32,000 nt of DNA. Source: Propionibacteriaceae bacterium. Its GTDB lineage: Bacteria; Actinomycetota; Actinomycetes; Propionibacteriales; Propionibacteriaceae. Of the stretch, positions 1 to 7,562 are shown piece after piece. The first letter of the stretch is position 1. Each line of letters opens with the position of its first letter. Below the pieces are notes generated by a model. That model was not told the origin of the DNA. It ran no database searches and was given only the letters and a program-made list of their open reading frames with translations. The stretch is taken from contig JAIRQE010000021.1 in NCBI GenBank assembly GCA_031256725.1, positions 120,001 to 152,000 on the forward strand, read 5' to 3'. The translations under genes were made by a program, and so were the position numbers.

Positions 1-1
1 G

Positions 2-112
2 GTACGCCAGTGGGCCAAGAAAGCGGAAGCCTGCCTTGATGGTTTCCCTGATGTGGCTGCGACGCGGGCCCTAAGAATGCTGTGTGAGCAGGCTGTAGAA
101 CGTACCAAGTAA
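2..112 (+). CDS. 3' end of an upstream gene (last 36 codons plus stop); tentatively a polyprenyl diphosphate synthase-like C-terminus
   Basis: Frame 2 is open from the window edge and ends at TAA 110-112 (..VRQWAKKAEACLDGFPDVAATRALRMLCEQAVERTK*). The helical Ala/Leu-rich tail resembles C-termini of trans-polyprenyl synthases. Thirty-six residues are not diagnostic. Confidence 0.3.
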   Translation, partial: VRQWAKKAEACLDGFPDVAATRALRMLCEQAVERTK

Positions 113-169
113 AACCTGTCAGATTCCTGGTGGCTGGATTACACTATATCTAAGTGAAGGGGGCTGCCA

Positions 170-1711
170 ATGATGAGACGGGCCAGAAAACCTACTTGGG
201 GTGTTATCGGAATCGCTTTTGTGATGATTCTTGGGGGGTGTGCCCAGGGTCCACAGGTGGGTCTTGTTGATGAGTACCGCAACTATTATCAGATCTTTGT
301 GGGGTCTTTCGCTGACTCGGATGGGAACGGGTTGGGTGACCTGAATGGGATCACTGAGAAGTTGGATTATATTCGTTATGATCTTGGGGTTGACGGGATC
401 TGGCTGACACCTATTAACCCTTCGCCGACTTATCATAAGTACGATGTCACGAATTACAAGGGGATTGATCCTCAGTTTGGTACGATTCTCGACTTTCGTA
501 GATTCCTTGAGGAGGCCCATGAGCGGGGGATACGGGTACTCATTGATCTAGTGATCCAGCACACCTCCTGGGAGCATCCATGGTTCACTGAGGCCATCAA
601 GGCTTTGAAGTCGGGTGTCGAGAGCCCTTACGTCGACTACTACTATTTCGGTTCTGAACCGCATGAAGGCTATGCCCAGTACAAGGATACGAATATCTAT
701 TATGATGCTGAGTTTGTTGCCGAGATGCCTGATCTCAATGTGAAGAATCCAGTAGTACGTGAAGAGATCGCCTCGATTGTGGAATTCTGGCTCAATGAGG
801 GGGTGGACGGTTTCAGGCTGGATGCCACGACACATCTTCTTCCAAGCGATCCAGGCGGCGAGAAAGAGTTCTTCGAATGGTTGAATGCCACCTGCACCCA
901 AATCAACCCAGATGCCTATCTGGTGGGTGAAGCCTGGACCTGGGCAGACAGAATCGTTTCCTATTATGAATCGGGGATTCCGAGCTTCTTCAACTATCCC
1001 TTCTATGTCGATGACACTATCAACACCGCACTCCAAGCCAAGGATGGAGCCACCTTGGCCACAGCCATTGAGGCCTGGAATCAGCGTCTAGATGATGCCC
1101 ATCCTTCAGCCATTGATGCCCCCTTCATCTCCAACCATGACATCAATCGCCCAGCCTCACATCTGGCATGGAACCTTACTCGTGGAAAACTCAGCGCGGC
1201 GATATACCTTCTCATGCCAGGAAACCCCTTCATTTATTATGGGGAAGAGATCGGTATGGTTGGCTCGGGAATCGACCAAAACAAGCGCATGCCCATGGTC
1301 TGGTCCACCACCGACACCACTAGTATGCCGAATCCTCCCCACTACGCTGACTATGACATGAGTGCTGTTGTCGGAGTTGATGTTCAGCGTGAGGACCCAG
1401 GTTCCCTGTTGAATTTCTATCATGAGGTCCTGGAGCTGAAAGTGAAATATCCGGCTATTGCGCGCGGGAAGTATGCTGCTTTAGACACTGAACGAGCGAT
1501 ACTGGGGTGGCGTAGCGACTACAACAAGAGGGTCATCTATGTCTTCGAGAACTTAAGCGATGCGACTGTGACCCAGTCATTGACTGACTTGGGGATTAAG
1601 TCCGCAGTCACGGTAAGGGATACCCTGCTTCCCGCCGGAGATGATCAGATTCCCACATTGGATAAGAGGGTGCTGACCCTCCCACCGTATACAGTTGCGG
1701 TGGTTGGATAA
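170..1711 (+). CDS. GH13 (alpha-amylase family) glycoside hydrolase, lipoprotein
   Basis: 513-aa ORF. The N-terminus MMRRARKPTWGVIGIAFVMILGGC is a signal peptide plus lipobox. GH13 conserved regions are present: DLVIQHTS (region I), GFRLDATTH (region II, nucleophile Asp), VGEAW (region III, acid/base Glu) and FISNHD (region IV). Amylase versus alpha-glucosidase specificity cannot be resolved by eye. Confidence 0.9.
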   Translation: MMRRARKPTWGVIGIAFVMILGGCAQGPQVGLVDEYRNYYQIFVGSFADSDGNGLGDLNGITEKLDYIRYDLGVDGIWLTPINPSPTYHKYDVTNYKGIDPQFGTILDFRRFLEEAHERGIRVLIDLVIQHTSWEHPWFTEAIKALKSGVESPYVDYYYFGSEPHEGYAQYKDTNIYYDAEFVAEMPDLNVKNPVVREEIASIVEFWLNEGVDGFRLDATTHLLPSDPGGEKEFFEWLNATCTQINPDAYLVGEAWTWADRIVSYYESGIPSFFNYPFYVDDTINTALQAKDGATLATAIEAWNQRLDDAHPSAIDAPFISNHDINRPASHLAWNLTRGKLSAAIYLLMPGNPFIYYGEEIGMVGSGIDQNKRMPMVWSTTDTTSMPNPPHYADYDMSAVVGVDVQREDPGSLLNFYHEVLELKVKYPAIARGKYAALDTERAILGWRSDYNKRVIYVFENLSDATVTQSLTDLGIKSAVTVRDTLLPAGDDQIPTLDKRVLTLPPYTVAVVG

Positions 1712-1885
1712 ATCAGGACCCCAGGGATTTCCAAGAGACGATCACCTGTGATCTGCGCCCTGGATTCAGCGATTCCACTGTACAGAAGGTCAAATCTCAC
1801 GGGTGCTGGCATTCACAAAAAGAATCCCCCCTGTGATCCGGCGTACCGTCCAGGCTGGATACCAGAGGAGAAACTAGAATCAAGT

Positions 1886-1947
1886 CTAGTACCAATGTTT
1901 GGTTTGCCAGAAACTCCAGGCCCCACATGGCGTGGTGTAACGGTTTT
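1886..1947. repeat. Left copy of a 62-bp perfect direct repeat; an orphan copy of the 3' end of the hydrolase gene at 3972..5216
   Basis: ctagtaccaatgtttggtttgccagaaactccaggccccacatggcgtggtgtaacggtttt is identical base for base to 3972-4033. Read on the minus strand it encodes NRYTTPCGAWSFWQTKHWY*. Similarity to the full gene stops at the repeat edge. The minus frame has no start codon and hits a stop at 2045-2047. Confidence 0.95.
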
Positions 1948-2069
1948 CCCTTGGATTACCGAAATTAAAGGCGCTTGGCAAGCCACAAATTGCAGATGAT
2001 GGTACAATTGTATACCTAACTAAAGAGAAGGCTAGCGTTGCAATTCAGAGCAATGATTATGGATTTAGG

Positions 2070-2666
2070 GTGCTGACGATCCTTCAGGATACCTCATCGA
2101 CTGATCGTATTTCATATCAAATTGAATTACCTGCAGGGGCGACGATTGTGCGCGATGAAGCGGGTGAAGGTGCCTGGATTCTTGATTCCTACGGAGAGCC
2201 GTATACGTATCTAGAGTCTGCGTGGGCTCTCGATGCAACCGGAAGGTCAGTACCAACATGGTTTCTTATAGAAGGCAACTCACTCGTTCAGATTATTGAT
2301 CACACGAGTAGTAATTTCACATACCCAATTGTGGCGGATCCTTCCTGGATTTGGTGGGTAGGAACTAGCTTGGCATGTGCGGCGGAACTTGGTACCTTGG
2401 CATTCGGAGCGGCAAAAGTTATATCTGCTTTTGCCAAGGCAGAGAAGATCATTAAAGCAAGCAAGAATATGATAAATGCATACAAAGAACTTGGAAACAA
2501 GATGCAAAACGTCATTGATGCTCTTAAAAAGTACATCAAAAATCGAAGTAGTCTAACAAAAAAGCAGATTAATGCTCTAGAGACACTATCAAAAGCAGCA
2601 ATTGGAAGCGTGATAACTATTCTTGGTGTTGGATCGTGTTACAGCCTTTGGACGAAAGGTACCTAA
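2070..2666 (+). CDS. Hypothetical protein, probably a 5'-truncated remnant: a beta-rich domain followed by two Gly/Ala-rich hydrophobic segments flanking an amphipathic Lys-rich helical hairpin
   Basis: 198-aa ORF from GTG 2070. The same frame is open back to 1941, immediately after a TAA inside the left repeat, with protein-like sequence (..DDGTIVYLTKEKASVAIQSNDYGFR) but no ATG, GTG or TTG. The C-terminus is WIWWVGTSLACAAELGTLAFGAAKVISAF...AAIGSVITILGVGSCYSLW. No recognisable catalytic motif. Confidence 0.5.
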   Translation: MLTILQDTSSTDRISYQIELPAGATIVRDEAGEGAWILDSYGEPYTYLESAWALDATGRSVPTWFLIEGNSLVQIIDHTSSNFTYPIVADPSWIWWVGTSLACAAELGTLAFGAAKVISAFAKAEKIIKASKNMINAYKELGNKMQNVIDALKKYIKNRSSLTKKQINALETLSKAAIGSVITILGVGSCYSLWTKGT

Positions 2667-2968
2667 TGTCCAGTTTCGTTGGAATTGTGGTTCTGATTCT
2701 CTGCTCTGGGGGAGTAATTATGACAGGCATTGTATGGGGTGGGCCATGGCCACCAAAAGCATCAGTAACAAATGGATTATCGCAAGAAATAAATCTAGGT
2801 AACATGAGAATATGGACTGCGATTTTCTTCCTTGGAACTATAGTTGCGCTCTGGCTGGTGAACCCCTTCCACAGTCTACTAGTAAGCTACTTGGTTCTAT
2901 TGTTTCTTCCACTTCTTGTTGGCGTTGTGATCAGGCGCATTTTGTTGCTTCGTGAAAAGCGTGCATGA
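2666..2968 (+). CDS. Small integral membrane protein (about 100 aa, 3 predicted TM helices); immunity-like partner of the upstream ORF
   Basis: ATG 2666 overlaps the upstream TAA (TAATG). An AAAGG RBS lies 6 nt upstream. Hydrophobic segments are SSFVGIVVLILCSGGVIMTGIVWG, IWTAIFFLGTIVALWLV and LLVSYLVLLFLPLLVGVVI, followed by the basic tail RRILLLREKRA. Confidence 0.6.
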   Translation: MSSFVGIVVLILCSGGVIMTGIVWGGPWPPKASVTNGLSQEINLGNMRIWTAIFFLGTIVALWLVNPFHSLLVSYLVLLFLPLLVGVVIRRILLLREKRA

Positions 2969-2996
2969 AAACCATCAATCCAAGAAAATGTGAATT

Positions 2997-3044
2997 GCCG
3001 CACCCCAGTATGAGCTTATACGAAAACTTATACTGGGGTGTGGC
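2997..3044 (+). other. Strong stem-loop (about 18 bp including G-U pairs, 12-nt loop) between the miniprotein gene and the lipoprotein gene
   Basis: gccgcaccccagtatgag / cttatactggggtgtggc are complementary. There is no U-tract on either side, so this is not a canonical intrinsic terminator. It ends 18 nt before the ATG at 3062. Confidence 0.6.
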
Positions 3045-3061
3045 GGATAGAAAGGCGACAC

Positions 3062-3952
3062 ATGTCTGATAGATCAGCATGGCGAGGTAATCCTCTTCAC
3101 CTCATCACTCTTTCCCTTGTTAGCATGGTAATGGGGTTATGTGGCTGCTCAAGTGCAGATGAACAGTTACCATCTTTGTCGGAGGATACTGGTTCACAGG
3201 ATACTTTAGAAGCCATCGCCTCCGCATTTTATAGCTGTCTTTGTGATGTGGAATTACCTGCAATGTATGAAATCCATCAAGGGAGGCCAATCCTCGTTCG
3301 ATTTGATGAAACGGTACCTGTGTTTTGGAGATATCCTGGTCAGACTTTGATGTTCACGAGCGCTGTCTCCCAAGATGATGTAGAGATCGTTTTTAACGAT
3401 GAGGGTTCAGATGATCTCAGTCCATTGCTGATTGTTAAGGGACTTGATTCCTCAAATTTGTTTAGCGAGTGTCTAGAATCATCTGGATATGATGAAGCGC
3501 AGGTATTCAGTGAAACTGAATCGACGTCGATTGTGGCTACATATGTTCGTTTGACTGTGGATGCATCAAACGAATGGGCAAACTGTGCCCGGGAGAATGG
3601 GTGGGCGACTGTTAAGGATGCCGTTCTTCCCTTGGATCCAAGTAATTCCCCGGCTCCAATGGTTCTTCTGCCTCCATCAATAGAGGAAATGGAGTTAAGA
3701 GCGCTACTTGTTACTTGCCCAGCATTCTTACCTGATCGAGCAAAAAAGAATGAGGAGCTTCTACTTACCCAATCCGGTCCAGCCTCATTCCCGGATGGAT
3801 ATCAAGAACAGCCTAATATTGGTTTTGACTATCCCGGATTTCGTAATGATGAACTTGATCCAGGTGGATCAGTGCAGGACGAGACCGCAATAAAGTTGGC
3901 TCTTCTTTCCCAAATTCTTGCTGAAGCCGAGAACTCTTATTGGGATGAGTAG
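3062..3952 (+). CDS. Acidic lipoprotein of unknown function
   Basis: ATG 3062 is preceded by AAAGG with a 6-nt spacer. The annotated GTG 3038 lies inside the hairpin. The signal peptide plus lipobox-like LITLSLVSMVMGLCGCSS is followed by an Asp/Glu-rich mature protein. No family recognised. Confidence 0.65.
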   Translation: MSDRSAWRGNPLHLITLSLVSMVMGLCGCSSADEQLPSLSEDTGSQDTLEAIASAFYSCLCDVELPAMYEIHQGRPILVRFDETVPVFWRYPGQTLMFTSAVSQDDVEIVFNDEGSDDLSPLLIVKGLDSSNLFSECLESSGYDEAQVFSETESTSIVATYVRLTVDASNEWANCARENGWATVKDAVLPLDPSNSPAPMVLLPPSIEEMELRALLVTCPAFLPDRAKKNEELLLTQSGPASFPDGYQEQPNIGFDYPGFRNDELDPGGSVQDETAIKLALLSQILAEAENSYWDE

Positions 3953-3971
3953 GTTGGATTTACTGAAAACC

Positions 3972-4033
3972 CTAGTACCAATGTTTGGTTTGCCAGAAAC
4001 TCCAGGCCCCACATGGCGTGGTGTAACGGTTTT
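3972..4033. repeat. Right copy of the 62-bp perfect direct repeat (the functional 3' end of the hydrolase gene)
   Basis: Identical to 1886-1947. It covers the stop codon and the last 19 codons of the 3972..5216 CDS. Confidence 0.95.
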
Positions 4034-5216
4034 TGATGTAGGTCAGACCCCAACTAATTTGGGTGACAGCATTGGTGCGGTAGTCAGCGCCAGCGGAAGC
4101 CATCTTTGAAGCAGGGAGGGACTGGGGAATTCCATAGGCCCCGGAGGAGGGGTTCTCGGCCCACCATCTCCAGTTGGATTCCCGGTTCCATAGGTTCACA
4201 AGACACTGGAACTGAGTCGTGTTCTGCCAGCCATAGGCGGCCATCATTCCATAGGCAGCCGATTGAGCCTCGGCAGGGGAGAGGTTCCCTGAGGTGATAG
4301 GTGGGGTACTTGGCGCCCCCGAGTTTGAGGTATTCGTATTGTTCTGGGCATTCTTGGCCTCTTCGGCTTTGCGTGCCTCCTCTGCCTTTCGGGCATCCTC
4401 AGCTTTGCGTTTTTCGTCTGCGATCTTGGTGTTGATCGCATGTTGGGCGTTCTTGGCCTGATCAAGGGTGGTACGTGTGTCAGCCTGTACCTGGGCTGCA
4501 TAGTCGCGAACGACCTGGGATTCGATCAACGCGGCCTCAAGGGCATCCTCAGCGGCTTGTGCGGCTTGCTGGGCACTCAAGGCGGATGCTACATGGGCTT
4601 GAGCTTCCTGTTTCGCCAGGTCGGCAGCATGTTGAGCCTCGGTGCACGTGAGTTCGGCAGCATCCAATTCCAGTTGGATGGTACGGAGCTTGTCAAGATC
4701 AACCTGGTTGGTGACCAGTACTGTGTCGGACCATTGGACACGGTTGGCAAGGTCGGCTGTTGATTCGGCTGTGAGGAGTACAGCAACAGAGATCAATGGC
4801 ATGGAGTCTTGGACGATGGAGCGAGCATAGGCATTGATGTGGGCTTTTTGTACCTCAATCTTTGCTTGGCCTTGGGCAACCATGATCTTGGCTTTAGCCA
4901 AAGCCTGGTCAGCCTCAAAGAGTTCCGCAGTCTTGTGGGCTTCGACTTCGGTTGCTTTCGCCCATTCTGCTTGGGCCTGTGACAGCACACTTCGGGCGTA
5001 CTCGACCCTCGACTCAGTCATGCGAACCTGGGCATTCGCAGCCTCAAGGGCCGTTGTTGCATTGTTGTAGTCGGTTTGGGCCCTGTAGGCCGCAGTATCG
5101 GCTCGACTCTTGGCGGAGGTCAGATCCTCCGCATGTGCAGGGTAAGCCAGCAGTGAAAACGCCATCGCGGAAGCGCACAGTACGCCAACCGCCCGACACA
5201 GCGACATTTGAGCCAC
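3972..5216 (-). CDS. Secreted coiled-coil peptidoglycan hydrolase with a C-terminal lytic-transglycosylase-like (SLT / Apf-type) domain
   Basis: GTG start at 5216 with GGAGG 8 nt upstream. Signal peptide ..AFSLLAYPAHA|ED. About 280 aa are Ala/Gln/Glu-rich heptad-like sequence including KAEDARKAEEARKAEEAK. The C-terminus CLVNLWNRESNWRWWAENPSSGAYGIPQ...QISWGLTYIKNRYTTPCGAWSFWQTKHWY carries the Glu-Ser motif typical of transglycosylase-like domains. Confidence 0.8.
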   Translation of the reverse strand: MAQMSLCRAVGVLCASAMAFSLLAYPAHAEDLTSAKSRADTAAYRAQTDYNNATTALEAANAQVRMTESRVEYARSVLSQAQAEWAKATEVEAHKTAELFEADQALAKAKIMVAQGQAKIEVQKAHINAYARSIVQDSMPLISVAVLLTAESTADLANRVQWSDTVLVTNQVDLDKLRTIQLELDAAELTCTEAQHAADLAKQEAQAHVASALSAQQAAQAAEDALEAALIESQVVRDYAAQVQADTRTTLDQAKNAQHAINTKIADEKRKAEDARKAEEARKAEEAKNAQNNTNTSNSGAPSTPPITSGNLSPAEAQSAAYGMMAAYGWQNTTQFQCLVNLWNRESNWRWWAENPSSGAYGIPQSLPASKMASAGADYRTNAVTQISWGLTYIKNRYTTPCGAWSFWQTKHWY

Positions 5217-5414
5217 GTTGAAATCCTCCGTCCGTTCGATGATCTCTGGGTTCGCCGGGCTAGACGAAGGGAGTTCATCGAAAGAATTCTCCTCAACCCT
5301 AGCTGGGGTTGCGCAGGCAAGCGATATTTATTTAGTACCAAAAATGAAGACGCGCGGGAAGGCTCAAGACTAGGTTGAGGATTCGTACCCGCCGGCCCCA
5401 GTAGACTAGAGCCC

Positions 5415-7379
5415 ATGACTCAACCAGCCTTTGATTTCACCCGCTTCGATATGGACGTACGACCCGGGGATGATCTTTTCCGTCACGTGAATGGTACCTG
5501 GCTTGCCACAGCCAAGATCCCCGACGATAAACCCGCCATCGGGGCCTTTGATGATCTACGTGACGCGTCAGAGAAGGCGATTCATGATCTTTGTGAGGAA
5601 CTCGCCGGACAGGATGTGGATCCCGCAACGGAGGAAGGGAAGATTGCGGGGTTGTACCGCTCCTTCATGGATGAGGAGAGGATCGAGAAGCTGGGCTCTG
5701 CACCTCTTGCTGGACTCCTAGCACGCATTAATCAGATTGCGACGGTTGATGATCTGCGGGCCTGGATTGGGTGGTGCATGAGGTACGGTTTCAACTCATT
5801 GACTGGCGGTGATATCGACGCTGATCCTGGCGACCCAAAGAGGTACCTCTTCTTCGTTGGTCAAGGTGGTCTCGGCCTTCCAGATGAGTCCTATTACACC
5901 GAACCCCAGCATGAAGAAGTACGCACCCAATACCACAGGTACCTGATCCAAACTCTGGCGTTGGGTGGGGATCGTGAGGATCCTAGTGAACAGGATCTCG
6001 AAGACGCTGAGGCTATTTGGGAACTGGAAATGGCCATTGCTCGACGTCATTGGGACATCGTCAAGGTACGTGACCTTCAACAGATGTACAACTTGCGTAC
6101 CATTGCTCAACTCGATGAGGAAGCGCCCAACTTTGGGTGGACAACCATCTTGGCGGCCGCAGGAATCGATGACAGGGTTCACGAAGTCGTCAACTGCCAA
6201 CCTTCATTTTTCAGTGATGTTGCGGAACTCATGACTGAGGATTGGCTCACTTCATGGAAGGCATGGGCTAGGTTCCACGTGATCTCCGATCTATCTCCGT
6301 ACCTCTCGAAAGCCTTTGTGGAGAACCGCTTCGGATTCTATGGTCGGATACTGACCGGGCAGAAGATCATCAGGCCACGTTGGAAGAGGGCGGTCTCCTT
6401 CACCGAGTCTGTGATGGGTGAGGCTCTGGGGAAGGTGTACGTTCGGGAGCACTATCCACCGGAAGCAGCCGAGAGGATGACCGAACTTGTGGACAACCTT
6501 CTCGCCGCCTATCGGGAGTCGATCAGCGCCCTGACATGGATGGGGGACCAAACCAAGCAGGAGGCCCTGCGCAAGCTGGATCACTTCCGGCCAAAGATCG
6601 GTCATCCCCAGAAGTGGCGCGACTATTCGGCCCTGGTTGTGGGTGAGGATCTCATAGAGAACGTTATCGCTGAGGGGGAGTTTACAACCGAGTACGAGAT
6701 GGGCAAACTCAGTGAACCCGTGGATCCTGATGAGTGGCTGATGTACCCACAGACAGTGAATGCCTACTACCACCCCTTACGCAACGAGATTGTTTTTCCG
6801 GCTGCGATCCTCCAGCCGCCCTTCTTCAATGTGGATGCTGATGATGCTGTGAACTATGGTGGGATCGGGGCAGTCATTGGACACGAAATCGGCCACGGAT
6901 TTGATGACCAGGGGTCAACCTGTGACGGTGATGGAATGCTACGTGACTGGTGGACACCTGAGGATCGGGAAGCCTTTGAGAAGGCAACACAGGCCCTCAT
7001 TGACCAGTACAACACACTCAGCCCTGCCCAAACCCCAGAACTCACAGTCAATGGTGAACTCACCATTGGGGAGAACATTGGTGACCTGGGTGGGCTCGGG
7101 ATCGCGATCAAGGCCTGGCGTTTGGCCACTGGAGGGGATGTGGAACCCATTGATGGCTACACAGGTCTCCAGCGACTCTTCCTAAGTTGGGCTGCTGCCT
7201 GGAGTTACAACTCCCGTGATGAATTGGTTGCTCAACGCTTGGCTACCGATGAGCATTCACCGCCCGAATTCCGCTGTAACCAGGTGGTACGAAACATCGA
7301 CGAATTCTATGAAGCATTCAATGTGACCCCAGAGGATCAAGAATGGTTGCCACCTAAGGAGCGGGTTACCATTTGGTGA
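5415..7379 (+). CDS. pepO: M13 family zinc metallopeptidase (PepO / neprilysin-like endopeptidase)
   Basis: 654 aa. Contains NAYY, the HEIGHGFD zinc motif (HExxH), GENIGDLGG (the ExxxD third-ligand region) and the C-terminal ..CNQVVRNIDEFYEAFNV. No signal peptide seen. Confidence 0.9.
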   Translation: MTQPAFDFTRFDMDVRPGDDLFRHVNGTWLATAKIPDDKPAIGAFDDLRDASEKAIHDLCEELAGQDVDPATEEGKIAGLYRSFMDEERIEKLGSAPLAGLLARINQIATVDDLRAWIGWCMRYGFNSLTGGDIDADPGDPKRYLFFVGQGGLGLPDESYYTEPQHEEVRTQYHRYLIQTLALGGDREDPSEQDLEDAEAIWELEMAIARRHWDIVKVRDLQQMYNLRTIAQLDEEAPNFGWTTILAAAGIDDRVHEVVNCQPSFFSDVAELMTEDWLTSWKAWARFHVISDLSPYLSKAFVENRFGFYGRILTGQKIIRPRWKRAVSFTESVMGEALGKVYVREHYPPEAAERMTELVDNLLAAYRESISALTWMGDQTKQEALRKLDHFRPKIGHPQKWRDYSALVVGEDLIENVIAEGEFTTEYEMGKLSEPVDPDEWLMYPQTVNAYYHPLRNEIVFPAAILQPPFFNVDADDAVNYGGIGAVIGHEIGHGFDDQGSTCDGDGMLRDWWTPEDREAFEKATQALIDQYNTLSPAQTPELTVNGELTIGENIGDLGGLGIAIKAWRLATGGDVEPIDGYTGLQRLFLSWAAAWSYNSRDELVAQRLATDEHSPPEFRCNQVVRNIDEFYEAFNVTPEDQEWLPPKERVTIW

Positions 7380-7562
7380 AAGAAACCTGAAAGGGTTTAG
7401 GTCTCAGGTTCAGGTTCCTCCATAGTCTGCGTGGTGGTGACCTAATCCGACAGCCTGATGAGCATTGACAGACTCGGCTAGGTTTCGCCGTAAGTCACAT
7501 ATCCATTGACCTTGCATAGGAGGGTACTGATACCCTCGTTATGAATCTGTGAAAGGGGCACC

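Larger units (their letters stand above)
1948..3971. mobile_element. Putative inserted AT-richer islet (three genes) bounded by the 62-bp direct repeats; no recombinase inside
   Basis: The segment is flanked by the perfect direct repeats. Spot GC counts of 60-nt lines are 33% (2461-2520) and 42% (3301-3360) inside, against 60% (4501-4560) in the flanking hydrolase gene. All three ORFs are envelope-associated proteins of unknown function. Confidence 0.45.

Noticed and set aside
548-1036. A 162-aa minus-strand ORF inside the GH13 gene. Similar long antisense or off-frame ORFs occur at 8524..9138, 13057..13581, 17465..18007, 18438..19013 and 28151..28693.
   Set aside because: Each lies entirely within a well-supported gene on the other strand or in another frame. 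They have no RBS or recognisable motifs and have Arg/Pro/Gly-skewed composition, which is typical of shadow ORFs in GC-rich coding sequence.
1712-1885. Nested short inverted repeats (ccaggg...ccctgg around gatcac-ct-gtgatc) after the GH13 stop, considered as a terminator.
   Set aside because: The stems are only 6 bp with a long loop and no U-tract. This is too weak to call.
1748-1999. The ORFs at 1748..1999 and 3918..4109 share the peptide LVPMFGLPETPGPTWRGVTVF, which could look like a conserved small protein.
   Set aside because: The shared peptide is just the antisense reading of the 62-bp direct repeat. The sense reading is the hydrolase C-terminus. Neither ORF has an RBS or other support.
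4300-4420. Repeated 18-nt-like units encoding KAEDARKAEEARKAEEAK in the hydrolase gene.
   Set aside because: This is ordinary coiled-coil and charged-linker low complexity within a well-supported CDS. It is not an independent element.
5937-5946. The palindrome caggtacctg, which resembles fused ACAGGT/ACCTGT operator half-sites.
   Set aside because: It lies inside the pepO coding sequence with the half-sites in inverted order and no spacer. It is most likely coincidental (a KpnI-type palindrome).
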